Positions 12,296 to 24,949 of a stretch of DNA of 64,000 bases are shown here, piece by piece. The notes beneath the pieces are model-generated. The model saw only the letters and a list, made by a program, of their open reading frames with translations, had not been told where the DNA came from and searched no databases. How positions within the stretch are numbered: position 1 is the stretch's first letter; the number at the start of each line of letters is the position of its first letter. Source of the stretch: Octopus vulgaris (taxonomy: Eukaryota); the NCBI GenBank assembly GCA_951406725.2, contig OX597837.1, positions 21,948,001 to 22,012,000 on the forward strand. The letters run 5' to 3'. The position numbers and the translations under genes are program-made.

Positions 12296-15200
12296 ATTTT
12301 AAATCCAAACTTCTAATCCCACCAAATATTATGAAGAAATGAGTGTCTCCTTTGTATTAACTGTCCACTTGGGGACACCATGCCATGTGTTTAAAAAATA
12401 AATTTAATTACTAAAAAAATATAAAGGAGGAAATGAAAATGTTTATCTTTAAGCCATGGAAAATGTTCAATGTGAGCCCTTTAAGAAAAATTTCAGACTA
12501 TTTTGAGAATTCATTCATCAGTGTTGTAATATTTTTTCAACATAACCAGTGATGTATTACCAGTTAAGAGCAACTTGAAAAAAGTTCCTTAACCCTTTTT
12601 AGATTTTCATTTTAGCAGTGGGACTGAACCTAGAACCATGTGGTTGGGAAACAAGCTTCTTACCACAGCCATGCTTGCACCTGATTGTTTATTTTCAGAA
12701 TGACATTGTAGGGTATATGTGAGAAGCCAGATCTGACTGGTATGAACATAAAACAGGTAGAATATTTAGGCCAGATGTGGCTACTTTGAATGCTAAAGGT
12801 TTAAGCCATTGTCAGTTCTACTAAATTTATCAAAAATATACAAATAGCCATTATGTAAAAAAACTTCTTTTTGACTCACTGGCTTGAAACACACTCCATT
12901 GTGAAAGACTGGGAAAATTTAAACAGACAAAGCTTAAATAGCTATGAGTCAATGATGTGTACGGAATTTGCCAGCATTGAAAGTTAATAAGAAACTAAAG
13001 TTGGCAGATAGTTTGTATGGTAATTAGCTGGTTTGTAATTTCTTAATTTAATTAATTGGTAATTACTTGGTTTGACAATGAGTTGGTGGTGAACCAACAA
13101 TTTCTTTTTTTAGCAGTTAACTATTGTATATTTTATTAAATAAATAGTTAACCATCAATTCTGTTTAATTTCATTTAACATCCATTTGTGAATGGCAGGG
13201 TCTGTATCCTACTCAATGTGGATGTATTATAAGAGTGCTGTAATACTGCAGAGTCTGTCCTGAGAAAGCCTCTCATATGGACATCTAGTGCATATAAGTA
13301 CAGAGATAGTATCAAATGAGCAATATCAAGCCCTACTAGTGGAACCACTGTATCATGTGATTTTGGCATGTTTTGCACCTCATCAGCAGTGGGCATCCAC
13401 TAACTGCATGGTGGCTAAATCTCCCTTCCACCAATATATAGAGAAATGGCAATTGTTCAGTCACAGTGTGGCAAAAGTGTCAACGATGCTAAACTCAAAA
13501 TCCTGAATAGGGCCTGCATCATTTATAGATTTGATAAATGGTCTGTTGAGCCCTTGTTGAGTTCATCCATCCTTGAACACCGGTATTTTCCATTGTTCTG
13601 TCAATATGTCCATTGATCTTCCACACGCCAAGGTGAGACCACAGAGTTGTGATGCTGGTTTAGTCACCAACAGACCAACCACAGAACAGGTACTGCTAGT
13701 TTACTAGTATTACTTGCTTCCTGGTAGCAGATTACTTTTAATCTGCTTTGACACCAGAGAACAATAACAGGAAGTAACTGAAGAACTGCAATTCCTTCTG
13801 AATCATAATATATTCTTTGATATATCTGTTTCTCATTTTTTTAAGGTGATGTTCTAGCAGAAAAATGCTTAGCAGCATCTTGTCCATCTTTACATTGTGA
13901 GTTCAAATTCCACTGAGGTTGACTTTGCCTTTTATCCTTCTGGGATCCCTAAAATAAGCACCAGTCGAGCACTAGGTCAATATAACCAATTTACCCCCAC
14001 CCCTAAACTTTTTGGCCTTATGCCCAAAACTTGAAATCAATATGTCTGTTCCATTTTTTAACACTGTTGGAGTTCACAGCACTTGGTAAAGAGAATAGAG
14101 AGCGATCTAAGACTGGCGAGTCTTGGATTGCATTTCATCACAGGTAGCCAGAGTAGACAGGAGTTACACAACATCATCAAGAGTCAAATCATCATCATCA
14201 GCATCCCCTTTTCCATGCTTGTATGGGTAAAATGGAATTCTATGAGGTAAATTTTCTATGGCTGGATGCCCTTCCTGTCACCAACCCTCACTTGTTCCCA
14301 AGCAAAGTAATACTTTCCCAAAGCAAAATATGCTTTTAACAGAAGACTGGAAATGATCAACCTCTATGAAGATAATATTGGTTTACAATCATTATGCTAT
14401 ATCCAGAGTGAAGGTGTGTGGCTTAGTGGTCAGGCTATTCGGTACATGACCCTAAGGTCGTGAGTTCAATTCCTGACGATGCATTGTGTCCTTGAGCAAG
14501 ACACTTTATTTCATGTTGCTCCAGTCCACTCAGCTGGCAAAAATCAAAGGGCCAGCAAATCAGAATTGTGTAAACCAAGTGAGATACATTATCATCATCA
14601 TTTAATGTCCATTTTCCATGCTGGCATGGGCTAGATGGTTTGACTGGAGCTGGTAGGCTAGAGAGCCACACCAGGATCCATTTTGTCTCTTTTGACATGG
14701 TTTCTACAACTGGATACCCTTCCTAATGCCATCCACTCCAAAAAGTGCACTGGGTATCTTTTATGTGTCTATTAATAAAAATGAAAAACCTGCAAGCTGC
14801 AATTTCAATGTCTTTGTTGAACCCATTCCACACTGAAACTGATTTAAAGTTATTATTTTCATTTACAGAGAAACAAACATTCATGTCTGTTTTTTGTTCG
14901 ACATTTGAAACCTTTGTTCAATCTCAAAAATATTTAAAATACGAAAAATAAATCTGACAACAGTTCTACTTTAGAATGTGGCTTATCTCATCATTGAAAA
15001 AGGGGAAATGAAAGTAAAATGGAGAGGAAATAAACAAAAACAAAATGGAAAAAATGAAATAGCGTTTCTGTGTCCACAAACTGGTACTCTGTCGATTACG
15101 ACAACGAGGGTTCCAGTTGATACAATCAACAGAACAGCCTGCTCATGAAATTAACATGCAAGTGGCTGAGCACTCCACAGACATGCGTACCCTTAACATA

Positions 15201-15644
15201 GTTCTCAGGGAGATTCAGTGTGACACAGAATGTATTGGTTCCAGTACTTATCTTTTTAAAGTCTGGTACTTATTCTATCTGTCTCTTTTGTTGAATCGCT
15301 AAGTTACATGGACATAAACACACCAGCACTGGTTGTAAAGTGGCAGTGGTGGTGGGTACAAACACACACACACACACACACAATGGATTTCTTTTGAGTT
15401 TCCATCTTCAAAATCCACTCACAAGGCTTTGTTTGGCCTGAGGCTATAGTAGAAAACATTGGCCCAAGATGTCATGCAATGGGACTGAACCAGAAACCAT
15501 GTAGTTGGGAAGCAAGCATCTCACCACAGTTATACCTGCACCTATGTTAACACCTATTTCATAGGGAAAGATTATAGCCAAACCAATTTGAACTGAGACC
15601 ATGTTTAATCCTTTAAGATTTAAACTGACCATAACTGGCCAAAG

Positions 15645-15962
15645 TAAAAAGAGTAAGGACTCCCTTCAGTCATGAATGACCATGGGACTACACCTAGAAA
15701 GTTACCCTGAGAGGCACAAGTCTGGGCAAGGTTGTTTATTGAAGATCAGCAGTTGCCCATACATATCATTTTCTCCTCTTCATGCCACCAATGTTATCCA
15801 AGGAAAAGGCAAAGGCTGATACAGTTTGGCACCAGTGACATTGCCACTCATTTCTGGAGCTGATTGAACTGAAGCAACATGAAAACATGAAGTATCTTGC
15901 TTAAGAACACAGCACACAACTTGGTCTCTGATTCCGATGCTGTAACCACTGAGCTATGCGCC
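15645..15962 (-). mobile_element. SINE family D, diverged copy inside a piggyBac-type MITE
   Basis: Reverse complement of 57015-57350; MITE halves at about 15605-15640 and 15963-16420. Confidence 0.75.
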
Positions 15963-16106
15963 AAAATATTCTACTTGTTTTATGCTCAAAGTGGCCAGAT
16001 TTGGCCTCTTGTACCAATCCTACAATATCATTCTAAAAATGAACAGTTACCTCATCGAAATTTCATAGCTACAAGATAATGCCTGATTAATTCAAAACAA
16101 TGTGAA

Positions 16107-16372
16107 CAAGAAAATTGCAGCAAAGCTGCACAATTGTGGTGTCAGATTGTGGTATGCAGACCATCATATAACTTGTTCTATTCTTCTCTTCCATTTTATT
16201 TTGACATGCACATTGCATTTTTATTCGTCTCTTCCCTTTTATCAATTCAGTGTGCACGCACACATTGTGCATTCATTCTTCTTTTCCTGGTTCCCACTCA
16301 AAACTGTTTACAGATCACAACCATCTCACAAACTGCGTTTGTGAGGAGCACTTCATGTTCCAATGGTTGTGA
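16107..16372. mobile_element. Unclassified about 260-bp insertion with terminal hairpins inside a MITE
   Basis: Interrupts the MITE consensus AATGTGAA|TAAATAAGCATTAC; left hairpin TGCAGC-AAA-GCTGCA, right three-way junction 16315-16372. Confidence 0.5.
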
Positions 16373-16504
16373 AATAAAAGGCATTACTTTTGACAGAATA
16401 ATGTGAATGTTAAAGAGTCAAGGCTCATTCCATCAAATATCAGACGAAAGGAAACTGAAATCAACTCTGCAGAATTTTAAATCAGAATGTAAAAGCTTCA
16501 AGCA

Positions 16505-16736
16505 TAACCCTTTCATTATCGTATTTATTTTGAGATGCTCTGTGTTTCTTTCAATTATTTTAAATATAACAAATAATTTAGTAAAATAACTTAGTTATCA
16601 TTAAGATAGTGTTAGGAACATAAACTATGACTAAAGTTTAGTGGAAGATTTTATTTCAAAACTTATGAAAACAAGACATTTGTATAAACTACAGAGCCAG
16701 AGGCGGCTTCAGCTGGGTTGGTATCGAAAGGGTTAA
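16505..16736. mobile_element. piggyBac-type MITE
   Basis: TAACCCTTTC ... GAAAGGGTTAA termini. Confidence 0.7.
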
Positions 16737-17574
16737 ATACTCTGAGATATTTATTCTGGTGCCTTGCCTTTACTGCCACAACTTTGTTGTTGAGTTTATA
16801 AATAAAAATTCATCACACTGGAATAGAGCCACATGTTTCTGAAGAAAGGGTTGGCATTGGTAGCAGTACAAGACAAAGCTGACTCGAGTAGAATTTAAAA
16901 CTCAAAACAGAGAGCACTGAAAAAAAAAATACTAAATATTGTAACATATTTCATCTGATACTCCACTGACCCTGTTTTATAAAATACATAAAGAAAGTAA
17001 ACTGACTTCCACCATAAACACTGACATCCCATTTGACTGCATTTTCTCTATTTATAGTAGGCTTGTAGCCGAGATATTATTCTGTTACATAACTTTTCTA
17101 GCATGCATATATATATATATATATATATACATGCAAACAGTATAAACAAATACAAACTATTACTCTAATCAGATAACACCTCAACTGACTAAATTCTATG
17201 TCAACTTCACTATTCTGCTCCTAATCTCTCTGTTTATATTTTGATAGTGAGGGGGTGAGGGCTGGCTGTGAGAAAAGCAGTTTATAGATTTTAATGTTTT
17301 ATTTTGGTTGGTATGTTGCTCTTACTCTTTTATTTGCAGCAGCCACTTGATTGTGACCAAACTGGAGCACCATCTCTAAGGGTTTCAGATGATTATTATA
17401 TAGAACACACAACTTTGGTGCCCACTTTACATTAGCATCAAAGTCATTTGGATGTAAAGGAACACAACAGAAATGGATTAAAACACAACAGTCAACATGG
17501 TGATTTGTTTTTGGTCAACTTTTATTGATATATATGTATACACATCACATCACATCATAAATATATATATCTTC

Positions 17575-17910
17575 TTAGACCCCATTAGGTCACGACACAG
17601 ACCATGGGATTGCACCTAGAAAGTTATCCTCCCAGGCACAAGTCTGGCAAGGTTGTTTATGGAAGACCAGCAGTCGCCCATGCATACCGGCCTCCCCTCT
17701 CCACACCACCAGTGTTATCCAAGGGAAAGGCAAAGGCCGACGCAGCTTGGCACCTGTGATGTCGCAACTCATTTCTACAGCTGAGTGAACTAGAGCAACG
17801 TGAAATAAAGTGTCTTGCTCATCTTGCTCAAGAACACAACACGCAGCCCGGTCCGGGATTAAAGCTCACAACCTCACGATTGTAAGCTCGATGCTCTAAC
17901 CACTGAGCCT

Positions 17911-17914
<4 letters not shown>
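17575..17914 (-). mobile_element. SINE family D, near full length
   Basis: Reverse complement of 57015-57350. Confidence 0.85.
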
Positions 17915-17941
<27 letters not shown>

Positions 17942-17946
<5 letters not shown>

Positions 17947-18378
17947 GAGACCTCTTGTGCTGTACTACTTGAAGAGCCCAAGCTTCTCTCCATAGGAGTC
18001 TGGCCATTGGGCAAGTCACATTCCAGCAATCTACAGGGGTCAAGTTCCAGATATTCTGATTCATCTTTTAGATTAGGTCGTACAGAATTTTTGAGAAACC
18101 TTTCAACAAGTTCTGTTTTAGTCTGACTCAACATTGGCCTAGCATTATGCTTGCCAGATTTTAATCGAACATCCAGACTGTTAGGAGACGGTTGCCTCTT
18201 TACTTTATCTATAATATCGCCTCTTAGTTGTGAACCAGTAGAACCACTATTAGCTTGCAGCTCTGCTATCAACTGAGCTGTAGTCTTAACTTTTGAGGTT
18301 TTAGTTTTATCTTGCTTTGCATGGAAAGTCAAATTACGTTTGCTAGTTGAGCTCTTAAACGAGTCATTACTGTCACCA

Positions 18379-18381
<3 letters not shown>
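17942..18381 (-). pseudogene. Orphan stop-free coding fragment (about 146 codons) between two (TA)n tracts, tentatively Mediator subunit 26 (MED26)-like central region
   Basis: High-complexity ORF 17874-18383 with KVKTTAQLIAELQ and SQTKTELVERFL, which I recall from invertebrate MED26; the ATG is created at the (TA)n junction; no convincing splice sites. Confidence 0.5.
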
Positions 18382-18417
<36 letters not shown>

Positions 18418-19398
18418 GGGTGGGTATGTGTGTGTGCATGTATCTTTGTGCTTGTCCCTCACCACTGCTTGATGACTGGTATTGGTTTGTTTACATCCAA
18501 GTAATTATGTGATGGGAAAGAATGGTGCAATTAAGAAAGACTTGGAATTGCATTGTGATCAGGTGTATAACAACATCTAATAGTCTGGTCGATACAGTCT
18601 CACATGCACACACACATATATATATATCATCATCATCATTTAATGTCTGCTTTCCATGCTGGCATGGGTTAGATGGAAATATACATATATTTACAAAAGA
18701 ACAACTAATGATTATATATATATATATATACCCACACACACACATACATATATACACACATATACATATGAACACACACACATTCGCCAATACACAGATA
18801 TATATTTGTTCAAAGACACAAATACATACATATGTTCACACACACACACACATATATATATTTGAAGTTGGTGATTCACTGTCAATATCCAGAATTTCTG
18901 GCTAACTGTGATTTTCCAGGTAACAAAAAACAATGACTCCTTTTGTCACCCGAAGGATGACACATAGCATAAAAAAAAAAGATAGGAAAAAACCCAAAAA
19001 ACTGAGCAGCAACTGAATGGACGAATCAGTTTTAAATTGAAGAATAAATAAAATATTTATTACAAAGTCCTGAGTCTTCTTTCTCCTGTTAGTACACAGA
19101 CACACACACACACACACACATACACTCATGCACAGATAATCATTTAAGCTAACTTACAGTCAACAGAGAGGGTCATGGTTATGTGAACAACGCTCATTTG
19201 TATCGAGAGGAGAGAATAAACACAAATGCAATCATAACTAAAAACCATGTGGGAAAAGTCTAGAGGTTACAAAGAAAATATAGACAGACGTGAAATAAAA
19301 GCCTATGATAATTTAAACACACAAAAACCTATTATATATGTGTGTGTGTGTGTGTATGTGTGTGGGTGTGTGTGTGTGTGTACATGTGTGTATATATC

Positions 19399-19449
<51 letters not shown>

Positions 19450-20299
19450 ATATATCTGTGTGTATATATGTGTGTGCATATATGTGTGTATATATCTGTG
19501 AGTATATATGTGTGTACATATATGTGTGTATATATCTGAATATTATGCATGTATGTGTATGTATATGCGTGTATGTGTATATTATGCATGTATGTGTATG
19601 TATATGTGTGTATGTGTATATTATGCATGCATGTATACTCTTTACTCTCTTTTACTTGTTTCAGTCATTATGACTGTGGCCGTGCTGGAGCACTGCCTTT
19701 AATCGAACAAATCGACCCCAGGACTTATTCTTTGTAAGCCTAATACTTATTGTATTGGTCTCTTTTGCTGAACCGCATGTCTATATATATTTAAATATAG
19801 TTAAGTTAAGTTAAATATATATGTATGTATCTATGCAGATGTAGACATACACACATACACACATTTATGTTTTCATTCATTTATACAATTTAAGCATTCT
19901 GTTATATAAAAGAAGATATATTCAGGTTTAAACAGACAGACAGGCATATGTCCTCCCACACAAGCAAGCAAGCAAGCAAACAAATGAATACTGAAAGGCT
20001 TTGAAAACCTATACTGAAAGGCTTTGAAAACCATCCATATGGTGCCTGCACACAGACATAAATACACCCACACTAGACATACACAACCCCTTAATGCAAA
20101 CATGGAATGGGGGTATGTTGTAATTATATACAATGCTATCAATGTCCTGGTTCCTACCTTTTGTCTAGAATGTTCTTTTTTCAGCTGTGTTGTGAGAAGG
20201 TACTTTCTCTTGATACACAGCCATGATGTTCAACTGCTCTCAAAAAGAGTATGGCGAAGATGCAGCATTTGTGGTGCACCACGGAGTTTACTCAGAAAC

Positions 20300-20521
20300 T
20301 CTCTTTCTCTTTTGCACTTTTGTTTGTTTCAGTCATTTGACTGTGGCCATGCTGGAGCACCGCCTTTAGTCGAGCAAATCGACCCCAGGACTTATTCTTT
20401 GTAAGCCTAATACTTATTCTATCGGTCTCTTTTGCCGAACCACTAAGTTATGGGGATGTAAACACACCAGCATCGGTTGTCAAGCTATGTTGGTGGGACA
20501 AACACAGACACACAAACATAT

Positions 20522-20576
<55 letters not shown>

Positions 20577-20742
20577 TACGACAGGCTTCTTTCAGTTTCC
20601 GACTACCAAATCCACTCACAAGGCATTGGTCGGCCCGGGGCTATAGCAGAAGACGCTTGCCCAAGATGCCACGCAATGGGACTGAACCCGGAACCATGTG
20701 ATTGGTTAGCAAGCTACTTACCACGCAGCCACTCCTGCGCCT
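20300..20742 (-). mobile_element. SINE family A, full length
   Basis: Colinear with other copies, many CpGs retained. Confidence 0.9.
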
Positions 20743-20744
20743 AC

Positions 20745-20975
20745 ACAGGTGAGTACATAAGTTCAAAAGGAAGTGGAAAAAAATAGTACTTGAATCCCAA
20801 AGGTAGAGTAAGATGCCTTTTAATATTAAAGCTGCAAAAGTATCACAAAACTGTTACTCAGAGTTTCATGTTCTTGTTTGTAGGACAGTTGTTTTCATCA
20901 CAACTTCCAACAAACGGGAACATGAAACTCTGAGTAACAGTTCTGCAATAATTTTGCAGCTTTAATAAAAAATAT
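20745..20975. mobile_element. Penelope-like pLTR remnant family P2, second copy with inverted repeat
   Basis: Arms about 20824-20891 and 20901-20968 sharing CTGTTACTCAGAGTTTCA / TGAAACTCTGAGTAACAG with 3998-4221; ribozyme core decayed (CCAACAA). Confidence 0.65.
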
Positions 20976-21012
20976 CTATCTGTCTGTCTATATATATATA
21001 TATATATATATA

Positions 21013-21322
21013 CACGAGCAACCCCTCCTCCAATGGACGGTGCTGAGTTGTCAAACATTTAAACCAAATTTTCTCAAAACAACTTGTCCGACCAACAATA
21101 AATGGAAGGTGGAGTTACGTACAGGTTGACGGAAGAAAAGCAGGGCAAAAACGGCTTTAGCGATTGCATTCTCACCTGGAATCGATTTTCGTAATTTTTT
21201 CAAAACTTATACACGCCCTGATACCATCGGTATCTACATATCAAATCTGAGTGCAAATGGAGGATGCTCGAGATCCTAGAAGACACACACAGAGTCAGAC
21301 AGAACGAATTTTATATAATATA
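21013..21322 (-). mobile_element. Non-autonomous Helitron-like element
   Basis: Minus strand begins TATATAAAATTCGTTCTGTCTGACTCTGTGTG and ends in an imperfect CCGTCC-ATT-GGAGG hairpin then GTTGCTCGT (CTAGT-like); no TSD. Confidence 0.55.
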
Positions 21323-21625
21323 TATATATGAGAATATAGGGATAAATTATCCAGACAGCTACAGTAATAACTCTCAGGTATATTCCAGATTTCAGCCAAC
21401 TGCATCAGTAATAATAAACATCAGTAATTGCTTAGCGTTAGCAAATCCACTGTAATTCTTCTGATGGCTAAATCCAGATTCACTTCCCTGGATTACAAAT
21501 ACTTTTAGGGATGTAAATTCCAAGCAATTACAATACGGAGACTGATACACTTTCAAATTATGCTGTATGACCAAGTGTTAAATTAAAAGAAAAATTTGAA
21601 GATGTACCAGTTTCTATATTCTTTG

Positions 21626-21664
<39 letters not shown>

Positions 21665-21668
<4 letters not shown>

Positions 21669-21970
21669 AATTGCAGCGTGGAAGGTGTTTATAAGCCATT
21701 TAAGAAACGCACAAAAACCGTTAGATTCACTTCAACATTTAAATTTAATTTGTCAAAATATTTTCGTCGCTTTGAGCACAAAGTTTTGTCAGTGAACAGG
21801 TCGCGGTCTCAAGGCGACGAAAATATTTTGACAAATTGAATTTAAATGTTGAAGTGAATCTAATGGTTTTTGTGTGTTTCTTAAATGGCTTATAAACACC
21901 TTCCACGCTGCAATTGTTTTCGTTCCAGCACACGATCTCAGATCAAGTCACTTGCTATGCAAGTACAACT
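21665..21970. mobile_element. Penelope-like pLTR remnant family P3, about 112-bp inverted repeat between (TA)n tracts
   Basis: Arms about 21665-21776 and 21808-21919, near-perfect complements. Confidence 0.65.
21785..21835 (+). ncRNA. Candidate minimal type I hammerhead ribozyme with G3-C8 swapped core
   Basis: tttgtca GTGAACA g gtcgc-ggtctcaag-gcgac GAAA ata TTT tgacaaa: 7-bp stem I, 5-bp stem II, palindromic AAATATTT stem III region. Confidence 0.6.
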
Positions 21971-22094
21971 ATATATATATATATCGTAACATATAATTGC
22001 CAATCGTATTGTTAAGATTCTATATTGCTACAGTTTATATCCTGCTCAGAGATTTAATATAGCCTCTATGTGTGTGTATGTGTGTGTGTGTGTG

Positions 22095-22380
22095 TGTGTG
22101 AGTGTGAGTGCATTGTAGTTGTGGTCATTGCCAGCGCCATGTGAATGGCACCCATGAATTGTAGTCATGGTTGTTACTGGTGTCATGCAAATGGCACCCA
22201 TGCCAGTGGCACGTAAAAAGCACCCATTACACTTCTGGAGTGGTTGGCATTAGGAAGGGCATCCAGCTGTAGAAACCATGCCAAATCAGACTGGAACCTA
22301 GTGCAGCTCCAGTTCATCAGCTCCACTCAAACTCTCTAACCCATGCCAGCATGGAGAGTGGACATTAAATGAAGATGATA
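22095..22380 (+). mobile_element. Family C repeat (RTE-LINE 3' end derived)
   Basis: GGTTGGCATTAGGAAGGGCATCCAGCTGTAGAAAC and AACCCATGCCAGCATGG motifs. Confidence 0.8.
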
Positions 22381-22588
22381 TCGACCTTCCATACATTGTA
22401 TATAGAAAGGGAAAATTTTGTGTGTTTAACTATGATGTTCGAATGACCTGATGAGCTAGCTTTCTTTATTTGCATTAATTTGTGAATATACAATTTTAGT
22501 GTATAATGCTAAGTGTACATAGTAATGCAAATTGGTACACATAATTTTTTTTATAGTGAAACTAATAATACATGAAGAAGGTTTCTGG

Positions 22589-23238
22589 CTACCAAATCCA
22601 CTCACAAGGATTTGGTTGGTCCTAAGCTATAGTAGAAGACACTTGCCACAGGTGCCATGCTGAGGGACTCAACCTGGAACCATGTGGTTAGGAAGCGAGC
22701 TTCATGCTACACAGCCATGCCTTTGCATAGCTGAACTACTAAGTTATGGGGATGTAAACACACCAACACCAGTTGTCAAGTGGTGGTAGAGGACAAACAG
22801 AGACACAAAGATATGCACGTGTATACAACAGGCTTCTTTCAGTTTCTGTTTATGAAATCCACTCACAAGGCTTTGGTCAGCTCAAGTAGAAGGCATTTGC
22901 CCAAGGCACCATGCAGTGGGACTGAACTCAAAACTATGTGGTTGGGAAGCAAGCTTCATACCACACTGCCATGCCTTTGCATAGCTGAACCGCTAAGTTA
23001 CGGAGACATAAACACACCAACATCAGTTGTCAAGTGGTGGTAGAGGACAAACTCACATATATGACATAAAGACACACACATGTATATGATAGGCTTCATT
23101 CAGTTTCCATCTACAAAATCCACTCAAAAAAATTTTGGTCAGCTTGAGCTGAAGACACTTGCCCAAGGTACCATGCAGTGGGACTGAACCCAGAACTATG
23201 TGGTTTGGAAGCAAGCTTTTTACCACACAGATATACCT
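22589..23238 (-). repeat. Head-to-tail tandem array (about 2.5 units of about 254 bp) of a truncated SINE A
   Basis: Identical junction GCCATGCCTTTGCATAGCTGAAC at about 22714 and 22968. Confidence 0.85.
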
Positions 23239-24949
23239 AAATACCTATATTATGCAATGAATAGTTTTACATATCCTTGAAGCAACCAAGATAAGGGTCT
23301 GTCTGCAATGCAAAGACAGATGTGCAGTGGTACAAATTGGCTGATAATTCTCAAAACCCATGCATTTGCATGTGACCCCTATGCTGTCCCCCACATATGG
23401 GAAATGACTAATAATAATCAATTAGCACAATAAATCACCCCGATATATTGCAGCCTATGTTGATAGTGTACTTTTGTATAGTAGTAGCAAGTGTGTCACG
23501 TACTTCAGATAAGATGATATCTTAAATCAGTGAGTGAGGGTAGTGGTTTTATATACATTGATTAGAACTGGTGTGTCAAGTAGGACAGATATACATCATA
23601 TGAAATGGTTGCCTATCAAATGATATATTTTATGGTAAACTGATATTTACAGCCTACAAATGTTGGTACTTAAAGGAACATTAAAAAAAAGTGACAAAAA
23701 AAGAAAAACAGAAAAGGGCTGCCAAAAGTGGTACTTAAGTACCAAATGCAATGAGGTGCCTCTAGAAACAGATGAGAAGAGGTTGATGTTATAGAGAGAA
23801 ACTGATTGTTATTTATAACTGAGCAAATAACAATTGTTTTAACTGACTGCAACAATTTAATGATTAGATATGACTAACTGACAGGTTTGTTGTTTTTGGT
23901 ACAACCACGTGTAACATGTTTAGACCAGGTCAGCTCTGAGCAGCCCTACGATCAAAAGCTTTCCAGACATAATTAACCCTTCATTTATTTTTTTTAATCC
24001 CAGAGAGCATCTCTGAGACTATACTATCAAATGTTTCCTTCATTTTTTAAGAGGGTAGTTTTTGAATTGAGTGAGATTTGGTTACTATTTCCAGTAAATC
24101 ATAGGATTATGTAGAGTAGCCTTTTGCAAGAAGTGGACTGCATGAGATATGGTTCATTATCTGGCAGACTACACAATTATAAAAAGAAATTTTCAAGATA
24201 ATTTTCTGTTAGGCATGCCATTCAGTAAGTCCACCAGGTTGCAGTTTGCCCATGACTGATGTAAAAGCTCCCACATATTTGTATGTGCTCAACCTTATCA
24301 TTCATCATCTAATTAAACCATGACCACCCCATGTCTTCCTTTTCTATCTTATCCAAGACTATTTTGTTAGGAGATTTGGCTGCTATTTCCAGCAAGTCAA
24401 GCAACCACAAAGAAGCTTCTTTGTTGCTTTGAGAGTCTTTAAGTAACAAACTATCCTACAAACAGAAATCAATCGAAAATTTTACGTGGAAGCACATGGA
24501 TTCAGAGCATCGACTTTATCACCAGACACAAAGACTGAAAATGTTTTTATGCTCTTGCAAACTAAAGTGAATAAGATATGAAAAGGATTCCGATTCCCCC
24601 CACCCAAGTGACTAAAGGTGGACTGACTCCTTGCTATAAAACGAAGAACCATCAGTGATTGGCTGTTCAGGTTGGCAAGCAGTTCACTGTGAGCCGTTGA
24701 TATAGACCTTTGAATCTCGTGTAATATTAATAGTAGTGCACTGTGTAAATACTTTCTTTCCCCCTTGCTTCGTTATATTATATATATATCCAACTACAAG
24801 GATATAAAAAAATATGGAGATACGAGAATATAGTACTACAGAAAAAGCTTATTTTGATTTTTAAAAATAATTACTGAATAAGGACAGTTGCATTAAGTTC
24901 CAATCATGGATGAGGACACTTGCATTAAGAAGTGTTGCTGACTTAAAGT

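Noticed and set aside
13175-13396. 73-aa minus-strand ORF as a coding last exon
   Set aside because: In-frame stop just upstream of the ATG and no recognisable motif
20150-20300. Possible coding exon with minus-strand AG|GTAGGA donor
   Set aside because: All three minus-strand frames contain stops and no acceptor is visible
24486-24760. Unique segment that might be a minus-strand 5' exon
   Set aside because: Only a weak GTAAAA donor and no ORF or other support
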